A stretch of 64,000 nucleotides of DNA, taken from assembly GCA_051251915.1 (NCBI GenBank), contig JBPOGF010000011.1, positions 1-64,000 of the forward strand, written 5' to 3'. Below are positions 49,806 to 59,312 of this stretch, piece by piece (position 1 is the first letter of the stretch; each line of letters opens with the position of its first letter). Under the pieces are notes generated by a model. The model saw only the letters and a list, made by a program, of their open reading frames with translations, ran no database searches and was not told the origin of the DNA. The position numbers were made by a program, and so were the translations under genes. The stretch comes from Akkermansiaceae bacterium. GTDB lineage: Bacteria; Verrucomicrobiota; Verrucomicrobiia; Verrucomicrobiales; Akkermansiaceae.

Positions 49806-50019
49806 TAGGGAGTTTACACTAGGGATTTATTTATACAGAATTGTCAGAATTTCTCAGAATTAACAAAATATCAGGGTTAAATGACTTATGTAAATAGCTA
49901 TTTAACTTTGGTTTTAAGCTATCGAATTAAATGATTCATCGTATTTGCAATAATTCTGTATCATTTTGTTAATTCTGTCTGGCGCCGCAGGCAGAAATCT
50001 CCCTAGCATAGACTCCCTA
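49806..50019. repeat. Nested inverted-repeat (MITE-like) element between convergent genes
   Basis: Outer 20-bp IR at 17/20; inner perfect 15-bp IR CAGAATTAACAAAAT (49855-49869 / 49963-49977). Confidence 0.7.
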
Positions 50020-50095
50020 CACTCCCCTCCTCATCTCCCAAGCCCCCATTGCACCAAACTTCTACATTCATAATTCTACATTCAAAACTCCCCCT

Positions 50096-51148
50096 CTATC
50101 TATCAGGAACGCTTTTCAGTAAATCATCCAGCTTATCCCCCTCGATAATGTAGGACTTGATACGGCTAGCCTTAGCCACCATAACCCCTACAAAATCTCC
50201 ATTGAGATCCACCAGCGGTGCACCACAGAAATTACTATTCACCTGAATATCTGACTGCAAAACCTGAGGAAACCCCTCACTTATTTCGTTCACACTTCCC
50301 CCCATACGCTTCATGCTATTCATTCTAGAACGCTTGACTTGCGGTATATCCTCGCGTGCCCCCAGTGTCACTTTCACACCAGCTGACACCACTCCATCGC
50401 GCTTATAGCTAATCGTGATTTGATCGCCAGGCATCTGTTTCTGGAGGAAATTCCTCATCTCTAAGATATTAGTGACAGCTTCACCATCAACCGTAAGAAT
50501 AATATCATTTTTCATCAACCCAGCACGTGCCGCAGCTGACTTTGCGTCTACATGATTTAATAAAACTCCCCCATCCTTCATCGCCTGCATATCCATCACC
50601 ACTCCTAAAAATCCACGATCTTTTTCCTTTAGACTCCTAGGCTTCACACTCACCACCCCCATCGCCAACGCCTGGTCAGACGCACTAGATGCCACAATAA
50701 ATGAACCCACATCAGGAGTCACAGACTTCCTAAGATCCACCGCAGGAAGCTTCCCCACATTCTCGATCACTGCAATATCGTAGCTATTATAGATATGCAG
50801 TAAATTGATCGGATAGGTCGTGCCATCCTTTGCCACCATTCTTACATCGGCATTCTTTGAGACTTTAGAAAGCTCGCTATATTTAGTCACTATCCCTTTA
50901 TCAGTAACCGTACCCAAGCTCACAATCTTGTCATTAGCTTTAATCACAACCGTACTGTGAGAAATATTCGCCACTAAAGGATCGATCACCTTGTAGAAAT
51001 CCTGAGCCTGCTTAGTGAGCAAACCCCGATGTTCAGGCCTTACAAATTGCGGTAATTTCTGAGCACTCAGCCCCCCGGAAGTCATCGCCACCAACGTAGC
51101 ACCTAATATGATTTGTTTTATATTCATCTTCTTAAAAATTGGATTCAT
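50096..51148 (-). CDS. PDZ-containing degenerate trypsin-like protein
   Basis: GFLGV PDZ. Protease motifs are altered: IVTKYSE in place of TAAH, NFCGAP in place of DSGGP. Confidence 0.75.
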   Translation of the reverse strand: MNPIFKKMNIKQIILGATLVAMTSGGLSAQKLPQFVRPEHRGLLTKQAQDFYKVIDPLVANISHSTVVIKANDKIVSLGTVTDKGIVTKYSELSKVSKNADVRMVAKDGTTYPINLLHIYNSYDIAVIENVGKLPAVDLRKSVTPDVGSFIVASSASDQALAMGVVSVKPRSLKEKDRGFLGVVMDMQAMKDGGVLLNHVDAKSAAARAGLMKNDIILTVDGEAVTNILEMRNFLQKQMPGDQITISYKRDGVVSAGVKVTLGAREDIPQVKRSRMNSMKRMGGSVNEISEGFPQVLQSDIQVNSNFCGAPLVDLNGDFVGVMVAKASRIKSYIIEGDKLDDLLKSVPDR

Positions 51149-51168
51149 TCTTCTGTTTAATGTTCTCG

Positions 51169-52209
51169 TTAACGTTTAAAAAACTCACCTCTACGGCTTA
51201 ATTTAATCCTAAGTTTAACCTCTTTACCCACCCGTATCAGCGTCACTTCTATCGTATCATCTGGCTTATGATGGTTCAGAGCCACTAACAGATCCCGACC
51301 ATTCTTCACCTCCTCATTCTCAATCGCAGTCAGAACATCCCCATTCTCAAACCCTGCTCTATCCGCAGGGCTATCGTCGAGCACCTCCATCACTATCACT
51401 CCATTATTTGCCCTAGTCTCCTCAAAAGTAAATCCCATCACCGGACTATCCGGATCAGCCAACGGGTTCTGATTGAGCTGCCCCCAAGTATCCCCTTTCA
51501 GCAATCTATCCCAGTCTTCAACCAGAGCAGATATACCCGCATGATTATTCGTCAATCTAGACTGACCAATCGATGAATTAATCCCCACCACCTTGCCATT
51601 CATATCAAATAACGGCCCACCAGAATCACCACCTATCAAAACCGAATCAGAAGTAATAAAACCCTTCCTGTTCTTAGAAAGCAATCTCCCAAACCTCACC
51701 GGAGCAGGCCGCCGCGTGTCATAGCCACCAGCATGCCCCATAGCGATCACATGGTTACCCACCTCAAGCGTATCAGATTCACCAATCTCAGCATACGGCC
51801 AAACTTGTTTTTTCACCAGTTGAAGCATCGCCACATCCTTCGTTCTATTAGACCCCAGCACCTTCGCTGTATGCGCCTTACCATTAGGAAAAATAACACT
51901 CATCTCATCATTCCCCTGAACCACATGAGCCGCCGTTAAAATAAGCCCCCCTTGGTTCACTATCACCCCACTCCCCGAGGCCCCAGACTTAGTAGACGTC
52001 AGCGCCACCGTAGCCGGTCGCACCTTCTCCACAACCCTCTGAATTTGCCCCTGGACCAACTTCAAGTCATCCAGAGTCTGCACACTAGTAGGCACAGAAA
52101 CCTCAGCCACCACCTCAGCTTCACCAACCTGAGCACGCGCCACCGAAGCAACACCACTCCCAATCACAAAACTACCGATCACCCCGGCCCATAGATTTTT
52201 CGTCTTCAT
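51169..52209 (-). CDS. HtrA/S1C serine protease with PDZ
   Basis: GSGVIV, LTAAHVV, DVAML, GDSGGPL, C-terminal PDZ. Confidence 0.93.
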   Translation of the reverse strand: MKTKNLWAGVIGSFVIGSGVASVARAQVGEAEVVAEVSVPTSVQTLDDLKLVQGQIQRVVEKVRPATVALTSTKSGASGSGVIVNQGGLILTAAHVVQGNDEMSVIFPNGKAHTAKVLGSNRTKDVAMLQLVKKQVWPYAEIGESDTLEVGNHVIAMGHAGGYDTRRPAPVRFGRLLSKNRKGFITSDSVLIGGDSGGPLFDMNGKVVGINSSIGQSRLTNNHAGISALVEDWDRLLKGDTWGQLNQNPLADPDSPVMGFTFEETRANNGVIVMEVLDDSPADRAGFENGDVLTAIENEEVKNGRDLLVALNHHKPDDTIEVTLIRVGKEVKLRIKLSRRGEFFKR

Positions 52210-52283
52210 TGCTCCCTAAGCGTCAGCACAAAGACAATTTGTCTAAACCTCCCAAACATTTAGAAAACTCAATCCACACAAAA

Positions 52284-52320
52284 AAATAAAGGCTTACGAA
52301 TTAACGTAAGCCTTTTATTT
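52284..52320 (-). terminator. Terminator hairpin after tRNA-Leu
   Basis: AAAGGCTTACG-AATTAA-CGTAAGCCTTT flanked by A/T runs. Confidence 0.75.
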
Positions 52321-52333
52321 CCATTATAAAAAA

Positions 52334-52421
52334 TGGTGCTCGAGGGGGGAGTCGAACCCCCACGTCCTTAACGGACACCAGATCCTTAGTCTGGCGCGTC
52401 TACCAATTCCGCCACCCGAGC
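52334..52421 (-). tRNA. tRNA-Leu(AAG)
   Basis: GCTCGGG/CTCGAGC acceptor stem, D-arm GGCGGAATTGGTAGACGC, CCAGA-CTAAGGA-TCTGG anticodon arm, long variable arm, GGTTCGACTCC, ACCA end. Confidence 0.95.
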
Positions 52422-52630
52422 TTGGTGGTGTGTCTTGTTTGACCGCGGCGACTTTCTAATCTATTTTCCGAAGATGGCAAGTAAATCTTTGCTTAAAAAT
52501 GAAAAAAGTTTCCATCCCCCACAAATACATTAAAACGATGAATCAGATAATCGCTTTTTGGCTTGAGTTATCACCCTCATCACTGTGATCTAGGAATCAG
52601 TAATTTCGATACTGAATAAACTACTCAACT

Positions 52631-54613
52631 ATGACTATTTCTAAATCCCTAAGCCACCTGCTAACCATTCTTTGTTTCAGCATTGTCGCCTCATTATCTG
52701 CTTACGCACAAGATGCCCCACAGACTCCTCCCCCCCCCTCTCTCCCCGATACCACTGAATTAGCAACACCTGAAGCAGTCACAGAACCAGAGCAGCCAGA
52801 GAAAAACGCAGCACCTAAGCCAGAAGAAGAAGCAAGCATCGATGCAGCCATCAACAATTTCATGGCGCCAATTTCTAAATGGTCCTTTAAATTCATCTTT
52901 GCAGGTGTGGAACTTGAAGATTCCGAGGGAGAAGTCATTCTAGACAAAGATGGCAACCACATGGAACTACCATTGATCCTCATCTGGCTCGTTGGTGCCG
53001 CTTTGTTATTCACCGTCATCTTTAGATTCATCAATGTTCGCCTACTCAAGCTAGCCTTCAAAACCGTGAAGGGCAAATACAGCAAGGACGACGACCCTGG
53101 TGAGATTACACACTTCCAAGCACTCTCAGCAGCTCTCTCAGGAACTGTTGGTCTTGGTAACATTGCAGGTGTCGCTATCGCAGTAAGTGTAGGTGGTGCT
53201 GGAGCTATCTTCTGGATGGTGGTAGTAGGTGTTCTTGGCATGACCACGAAATTCTGCGAATGCACACTCGGCGTGAAATACCGTAACTTTGATAAAGACG
53301 GCAAAGTCCATGGTGGCGCCATGTATTATTTAAGAGACGGCCTCAAGGAACGCGATATGACCGGAATGGGTAAAGTCCTAGCCGTTCTATTCGCCATCAT
53401 GTGCGTAGGTGCCTCCTTCGGTGGCGGAAACATGTTCCAGATCAACCAAGCTGCCACCCAGTTCATCGGTATCACCGAGAGCGCAGAACATACTGCCGCT
53501 AAAACTGAACTCGCAACCATTCAAAAGCAAAAAGCCGAGTTCACTAACATCAATGCCAACCTAACAGGCATCTCAAGCGAACTAGAAAGCACTAGCTCCA
53601 AAGTTGATAAAATTCACGAAAGCCACAAAGAATCCTATGCTTACAATGATCTGTTCAAGGACATCTCAGACAAAACCGGATCACTCACTGTCCCGCTCGA
53701 TGAAATTTCATCCCAGATTGCCCCTAAAAGTGATATTCTAACACAGCTCAGTATCCAAGAAGCCGCAGCTCAAGAAAAAGTAGACAGCACAGAAGGCTAC
53801 CTTGCACAGGAAAAATGGATCTTCGGCCTCATCGTCGCTATTCTCGTTGGCTTCGTGATTATCGGCGGCATCAAAAGTATCGCATCAGTGACTGAAAAGT
53901 TAGTGCCCTTCATGTGCGGAATTTACGTTCTAGCCGCCTTAGTTGTCATCTTCAGCAAGGCCGAACTTATACCGAGCGCAGTTAGCACCATCTTCCATGA
54001 CGCATTCGCACCTACCGCCGTTGCTGGTGGTATCCTCGGTGCCATCATCCAAGGTGTCCGCAGAGCTGCATTCTCCAATGAAGCCGGATTTGGATCAGCC
54101 CCTATCGCCCACGCCGCAGCCAAAACGAAACACGCAGCAAGTGAAGGATTAGTCGCCTTGCTCGAGCCTTTTGTAGACACCGTCATCGTCTGCACCATGA
54201 CCGGCCTCGTTATCGTCATCACAGGAATGCATGAGCAATCCGGACTCGACGGCATCGCCCTCACCTCATCAGCATTCTCACAAGTGATCAGCTGGTTCCC
54301 ATACATCTTGACCGCTTCAGTCGTCCTCTTCGCCTTCTCCACTATGATCTCTTGGAGCTACTACGGCCAGCAAGCTTGGGCATACCTATTCGGCAAAAGC
54401 AAAGTAGCCGAAATCATCTACAAACTAATCTTCTGTATCTTCATCGTAGTCGGCGCTTCCACTTCACTCGGCAACGTTCTCGATTTCTCAGATGCAATGC
54501 TATTTGCTATGTGCCTGTTTAACCTCATCGGTGTCTGGTTGCTCTTCCCTGTCGTTAAGCGCGAGCTCATCGCCTTCCAGAAGCATGCTGATGAAATCGA
54601 TTCCAAGGGTTAA
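52631..54613 (+). CDS. Alanine/glycine:cation symporter (AGCS) with a large soluble insertion
   Basis: GTVGLGNIAGVA, GGAMYY, GGGNMFQ, FSNEAGFGSA, EPFVDT, FAFSTMISWSYYG. Confidence 0.93.
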   Translation: MTISKSLSHLLTILCFSIVASLSAYAQDAPQTPPPPSLPDTTELATPEAVTEPEQPEKNAAPKPEEEASIDAAINNFMAPISKWSFKFIFAGVELEDSEGEVILDKDGNHMELPLILIWLVGAALLFTVIFRFINVRLLKLAFKTVKGKYSKDDDPGEITHFQALSAALSGTVGLGNIAGVAIAVSVGGAGAIFWMVVVGVLGMTTKFCECTLGVKYRNFDKDGKVHGGAMYYLRDGLKERDMTGMGKVLAVLFAIMCVGASFGGGNMFQINQAATQFIGITESAEHTAAKTELATIQKQKAEFTNINANLTGISSELESTSSKVDKIHESHKESYAYNDLFKDISDKTGSLTVPLDEISSQIAPKSDILTQLSIQEAAAQEKVDSTEGYLAQEKWIFGLIVAILVGFVIIGGIKSIASVTEKLVPFMCGIYVLAALVVIFSKAELIPSAVSTIFHDAFAPTAVAGGILGAIIQGVRRAAFSNEAGFGSAPIAHAAAKTKHAASEGLVALLEPFVDTVIVCTMTGLVIVITGMHEQSGLDGIALTSSAFSQVISWFPYILTASVVLFAFSTMISWSYYGQQAWAYLFGKSKVAEIIYKLIFCIFIVVGASTSLGNVLDFSDAMLFAMCLFNLIGVWLLFPVVKRELIAFQKHADEIDSKG

Positions 54614-54635
54614 GGAGAACATTTAGCCATCTTTA

Positions 54636-54670
54636 TATAATCACTGACTCACATTGGGTCAGTGATTATA
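54636..54670. terminator. 13-bp stem hairpin after the AGCS gene
   Basis: TATAATCACTGAC...GTCAGTGATTATA. Confidence 0.5.
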
Positions 54671-54857
54671 ATGCTAAAATCTCCAGACATTTAGATAAAA
54701 ATACCGCTGATCGTCGCTGATTAGTAAATAAAGCAGAAATTTATGATTTTATTTCACCACCAAAAGTAATATAGTCATTAGTGGATGCGTATTACATAAG
54801 GATGGCGTTTTTTCATAAGCTCGCCCGTAGTCATCATTTCGTTAGCTTCACTAAACC

Positions 54858-57575
54858 ATGTCAGAATCATCAGAAAAGCCGCACCTAGCACCATTGCCAG
54901 AGTCTCTCCGTAAACAACTTGAGAGCTTTAAGAAGCATCTCTGGCGCATCAAGATCACTGAGGCGGTTCTCGCTGGCTTACTCGGTCTAGTTGTTTCATT
55001 CGCGATCGTGTTCGCACTAGATCGCATCTGGGAAATCCCACCACTCGTCCGACTTATTATTTTACTTGCTGGAGTATCACTTTTTGCCGTTTTCGCCCCA
55101 CTCTGGATCAACCGCTGGATATTTAAGCACCGTAAAGAAAACCAACTCGCTCGCCTCATCTCTAAGCACTACCCAAATCTTGGCGACCGCCTACTCGGAG
55201 TAGTCGAACTACAGGATCAAAAAGAAAGCCAGACAGCCCTATCCCCTGAACTCCGAGAGGCAGCAATGATCGCTGTCGCTCACGACGCTCAGAATCGCGA
55301 CTTAGACAAAGCTCTCTCATCTAGCTGGACACGTAAGCTTTCACTCGGACTTGCCGCGGTAGCCCTCATTGCAGGTGGCGCATTTGTAGCCTACCCAAGT
55401 GCGGGAAAAAATGCCTTTGCTCGCTGGTTCATGCCACTTTCAGACACCAAACGCTTCACCTTCACCAAAGCTGACCTATCCAAGATCCCTCAGCCTCTCT
55501 ACGTCCCTATAGGCGAAAGCTTCACCATCGACATCCCACTAAGAGACGACACCGAGGAGCAACCCGAGTTCGCATCAGCACGCTACGGCAATGCCCAATG
55601 GAAAGACTATCAGTATGAAAACGGCCTATATGCTCTTGAGTTCCCAGGAAAACGCAAAAAAGCTAACGTAGAACTGAAGCTAGGAGATGCGAATCACAAC
55701 TTCGATGTCCGCCCCATCCACCGCCCAAAGATCAGCGCATTTCATCAAGAAGTCACCTACCCAGAATACCTCCAACGCACACCAGTCACTAATGAACTAG
55801 CTTCTACTCAGACTGATATTCTCGAAGGTAGTAAAGTCGTGATTATTGCCTCAGCTGATCGAGCACTTAGTTCCGCGAACACAGGGAAAGCTACATTCGT
55901 CCCTCAAATGGAAGAAATTTCCGCTGAGGAAGCAGAAATTCAAGGCATTGACATTAATGCCCGACCTGAACCACAAGCCCTCAACCTGAACCACAAAATT
56001 TCAGGAGACGCCATCATTACTAACCCTATCCTCATCCGCAAAGGAACCGTCACCCTCCCTCTCTCTTGGACTGATATCCACGGAATCAGCGGTCTCGCAT
56101 CGGCAGAGTTCACCATCCATTCCCAACCTGACACTCCACCTAGCACGTTCACACAAGGCATCGCAAAACAGAAGTTCATGCTTTATAACGAGGTCTTAGA
56201 GTTTGAAATGTCAGCAGAAGACAATTTCGGCATCAAAGCCGCAGGTGTTGAGTGGGCCGGTGAGTTTGCTACTCCTACTGCAGAAACTCCATCAACCGGA
56301 GACATCACCCTACTTCAAGGTGATCCCTACATGACTAGTGGCAACAAGCCAGTATCCATCGACTTCCAAAGAAATAACATCAAACCACAGAAGTTAATCA
56401 TCAGAACTTGGGTAGAAGACTATAATCCAGACACCGCACGTGTCTATTCTGAGCCAATCGAAGTATTCGTTCTAAGCGAGTCAGAGCATGCTAGTCACGT
56501 CAAAGAGATGATGAACGACACCCTCTCCAAACTAGAGGACGCAATGCGCACCGAACAAGATAACTTAGACGAGAACAAGAGAATAGAAAAAGAACTCAAG
56601 GATCCTAAAAAAGCTGCCGAAGCTAAGGAAAAACTCGCTGAGCAACAAAACAAAGAGCTAGATAATAACGAGGAAATCAAAAAACTCGCTAAAGAACTCA
56701 AAGACACCTTCAAAGAAGCCACTAAAAATAAGTCGATCGATAGCAAAACTCTAAAAGACATGGCTGACGCAGCAGCAAGCATGCAAGAAATGGCAGACAA
56801 AGATATGCCTGAGATTGCTGGAGACTTAGACCAAGCACAAGATAAGAAAAACTCAGAAGAAAAGACCAAGGAGGACCTTGAGAAAGCTATCGAAAAACAG
56901 GAAGAGCTCGTCGATAAGATGAAAGAAACCGCAGAAAAAGCTGAGAAAGCCAAAGAAAAGCTAGAATCCAGCACCTTTGTGAATCGCCTCAAACAAGCTG
57001 CATCAGACGAAGAAAGCATCGCGCAAACAATTATTTCCGATGCTAATGAGATCATCGGCCTCCACTACGGTGAACTAGACCCAGTCTTCAAGCGTCTCGT
57101 CCAAGCATTATTCCTCCAGCAGGAACAAGCCACCTCAGATGTCCGCTGGATCCAGGAAGACTTAGCATTCTTCCATGCCCGCACCCAAAAGCCTGAACAT
57201 AAGAAAATTCTCGATAAAATGAAAGACGCTAAGATCACCGAGGCACTATCAGCAATCGAAAGAGAAATAGAGCTCCAGCGCACAGGAAACGCCATGCGCG
57301 AAACCATGGAAAGCGCACAGAAACTACGCGAATGGGCCAAAGAACTAGACGGCACCCAAGACCAATCCGGCGGTGGCGGCGGCGGTGGTGGCGGTGGCGG
57401 AGCCAGCGATGAAGACCAAGACTTCGAATTCATGCTCAAGGTCATGAAGATGATTCAAGAAGAGCAACGTCTCAGATCTAAAACTCGCGCCCTAGAACAA
57501 AGCAAACGTGACGTGACCGACCCAGACGCCACACATGCCCCATCCCTAGAAGTAGAGACTCAACCAGTCCCATAA
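54858..57575 (+). CDS. Large membrane-anchored coiled-coil protein (DUF4175-like architecture)
   Basis: Three N-terminal TM segments, L.DRLLG.VEL, beta-rich middle, AEDNFGI, long coiled coil. Confidence 0.8.
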   Translation: MSESSEKPHLAPLPESLRKQLESFKKHLWRIKITEAVLAGLLGLVVSFAIVFALDRIWEIPPLVRLIILLAGVSLFAVFAPLWINRWIFKHRKENQLARLISKHYPNLGDRLLGVVELQDQKESQTALSPELREAAMIAVAHDAQNRDLDKALSSSWTRKLSLGLAAVALIAGGAFVAYPSAGKNAFARWFMPLSDTKRFTFTKADLSKIPQPLYVPIGESFTIDIPLRDDTEEQPEFASARYGNAQWKDYQYENGLYALEFPGKRKKANVELKLGDANHNFDVRPIHRPKISAFHQEVTYPEYLQRTPVTNELASTQTDILEGSKVVIIASADRALSSANTGKATFVPQMEEISAEEAEIQGIDINARPEPQALNLNHKISGDAIITNPILIRKGTVTLPLSWTDIHGISGLASAEFTIHSQPDTPPSTFTQGIAKQKFMLYNEVLEFEMSAEDNFGIKAAGVEWAGEFATPTAETPSTGDITLLQGDPYMTSGNKPVSIDFQRNNIKPQKLIIRTWVEDYNPDTARVYSEPIEVFVLSESEHASHVKEMMNDTLSKLEDAMRTEQDNLDENKRIEKELKDPKKAAEAKEKLAEQQNKELDNNEEIKKLAKELKDTFKEATKNKSIDSKTLKDMADAAASMQEMADKDMPEIAGDLDQAQDKKNSEEKTKEDLEKAIEKQEELVDKMKETAEKAEKAKEKLESSTFVNRLKQAASDEESIAQTIISDANEIIGLHYGELDPVFKRLVQALFLQQEQATSDVRWIQEDLAFFHARTQKPEHKKILDKMKDAKITEALSAIEREIELQRTGNAMRETMESAQKLREWAKELDGTQDQSGGGGGGGGGGGASDEDQDFEFMLKVMKMIQEEQRLRSKTRALEQSKRDVTDPDATHAPSLEVETQPVP

Positions 57576-57599
57576 ACCCTATAAAACATAATCATTTTC

Positions 57600-58280
57600 A
57601 TGAAAACCACCTACCTCATTCCCGCACTAACCGCACTCACCGTGAGTGTCCTTAGTGCTGGCGACTCATTCAGAGAAGATCTTGAAAAAAACGAAGCTAA
57701 AAACAAAAAGCCTTTAGCAAAAGCCGAGGACGTCCTCAAGCAGCATGCCAAAGACAGCATCAAAACAGCTAACGAACAAGACGAGCTTTCAGCAGACGTT
57801 CAAGACCTTATCCAAGAACAAACCGACCCCAAGGTAGTCGAACTCCTTGACGAAGCCGAAGCCCTTATGGGAGAAGCCACCGAGTTACTCGAAAACAAGA
57901 AAACTGGGGGCGGCACGATAGCCATTGAAACTGAAATCATTGAAAAAATCTACGAAGCGGCAAAGAAAAAACAACAAAGCAAGGGCGAAGGAGAAGGTAA
58001 AGGACCTAAGAGCCCTTTGCTTGAAATGATGGAAGGAATGATGGGTAAAGGTCAAGGTGAACAAGAAGGTCAAGGACCTGGCGAAGGTGAAGGCGAAGGA
58101 AGCACAGGAGGCGAAGGCAACGAAGGCACCTCAGATAAAGCCAATGACAAAACATCCGGTAAAGCGGATAACACCAAAGAAGAGCGCCGTGTTCCTAAAA
58201 ACACCACAGCTCCAAACCTAAACTTACCTCGAGAAGAACAACGCGCACTCGACGCATACAATAAATCAGCGAAAAAATGA
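57600..58280 (+). CDS. Exported helical protein with Gly/Glu-rich tail
   Basis: Signal peptide; LP.E.QRALDAY C-terminus; overlaps next gene (ATGA). Confidence 0.75.
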   Translation: MKTTYLIPALTALTVSVLSAGDSFREDLEKNEAKNKKPLAKAEDVLKQHAKDSIKTANEQDELSADVQDLIQEQTDPKVVELLDEAEALMGEATELLENKKTGGGTIAIETEIIEKIYEAAKKKQQSKGEGEGKGPKSPLLEMMEGMMGKGQGEQEGQGPGEGEGEGSTGGEGNEGTSDKANDKTSGKADNTKEERRVPKNTTAPNLNLPREEQRALDAYNKSAKK

Positions 58281-59311
58281 TCAAATCCATTGCTAAATCC
58301 GCCATTAGCTATTCTGCTGCTTTCGGTATCTCATGTAGTCTACTTTTCATTAGTAGCCACTCAGCTGATGCCCAGAGTTTAGGCCGTAGAAAAGTAGACA
58401 TCGTTCCTGCCAATGTAGAAGTCGCCTATAAAAAAGGCCTCCAGTTCCTAGCAAAAATGCAGGCCTCTGACGGATCATTCAGCAACGACAGAAACCGCTA
58501 CAGCTCCCAACCAGGTATCACCGGCATCTGCGTTCTCGCATTTCTTGCCCACGGCGAAGACGCTGAATTCGGACCCTACGCCAAGAACATCAAAAGCGGG
58601 GTCGATTTCATCCTCAAACAGCAAAACAAAAACGGCTACATCGGAACCAGTATGTATAACCACGGATTTGCCACCCTCGCACTCGCGGAAGCCTATGGTA
58701 TGATCGATGATGACAGACTCGCTGGCGCATTGAAAAAGTCAGTAGCACTACTCACCTCTGCTCAAGACAGAAACCCCAAAGGAGCATGGCGCTACAACCC
58801 TGAAGACATGACTGCGGATACTACCGTTGCAGGCTGCCAACTTGTCGCCCTCCTCGCCGCAAGAAATGCAGGCATCCCAGTGCCTAACAAAAATATCGAT
58901 AAAGCACTCGCCTACTTAGCGAGCTGCCGCGCATCCAACGGCGGCTACGGCTACACTTCTAAATCAGGTGGCAAAAGCACCCTCACAGCGATCGGTTCAC
59001 TCTGCATGTCATTAGCTAAAAAGAAAGATGATAAAGCATTTGATACCGTCACAAATTTCCTCACCAGCCGTAGTGAAAGCGGTGGTCACCATTACGTATT
59101 CTACCATGAATACTATATGGCCCAGGCTCTTTTCCACGCCAATGAAGAAGAATGGGAAAAATGGAATGAAAAGAATTCCAAAGTCATGTCAGCATCCCAA
59201 CACCCAGATGGAGGATGGAGTGACGCCAGACTAGGCAGATCTGGAGCTACCGGCTTCGCCCTCCTATCCATGGCGCTCAACTACCGCTTCCTACCAATTT
59301 ACGAAAAATAA
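58277..59311 (+). CDS. Prenyltransferase/squalene-oxidase (QW) repeat protein
   Basis: L...Q..DG(S/G)(F/W)-type repeats, MYNHGFATLALAE, C-terminal FLPIYE. Confidence 0.85.
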   Translation: MIKSIAKSAISYSAAFGISCSLLFISSHSADAQSLGRRKVDIVPANVEVAYKKGLQFLAKMQASDGSFSNDRNRYSSQPGITGICVLAFLAHGEDAEFGPYAKNIKSGVDFILKQQNKNGYIGTSMYNHGFATLALAEAYGMIDDDRLAGALKKSVALLTSAQDRNPKGAWRYNPEDMTADTTVAGCQLVALLAARNAGIPVPNKNIDKALAYLASCRASNGGYGYTSKSGGKSTLTAIGSLCMSLAKKKDDKAFDTVTNFLTSRSESGGHHYVFYHEYYMAQALFHANEEEWEKWNEKNSKVMSASQHPDGGWSDARLGRSGATGFALLSMALNYRFLPIYEK

Positions 59312-59312
59312 T

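Noticed and set aside
52430..52630. Glycine riboswitch upstream of the AGCS gene
   Set aside because: The conserved GGAGA...CCGAAG...CTCTCAGG layout is not present.
58277..59311. Squalene-hopene cyclase
   Set aside because: About half the expected length, has a signal peptide, and lacks a DxDDTA motif in context; only QW repeats are supported.
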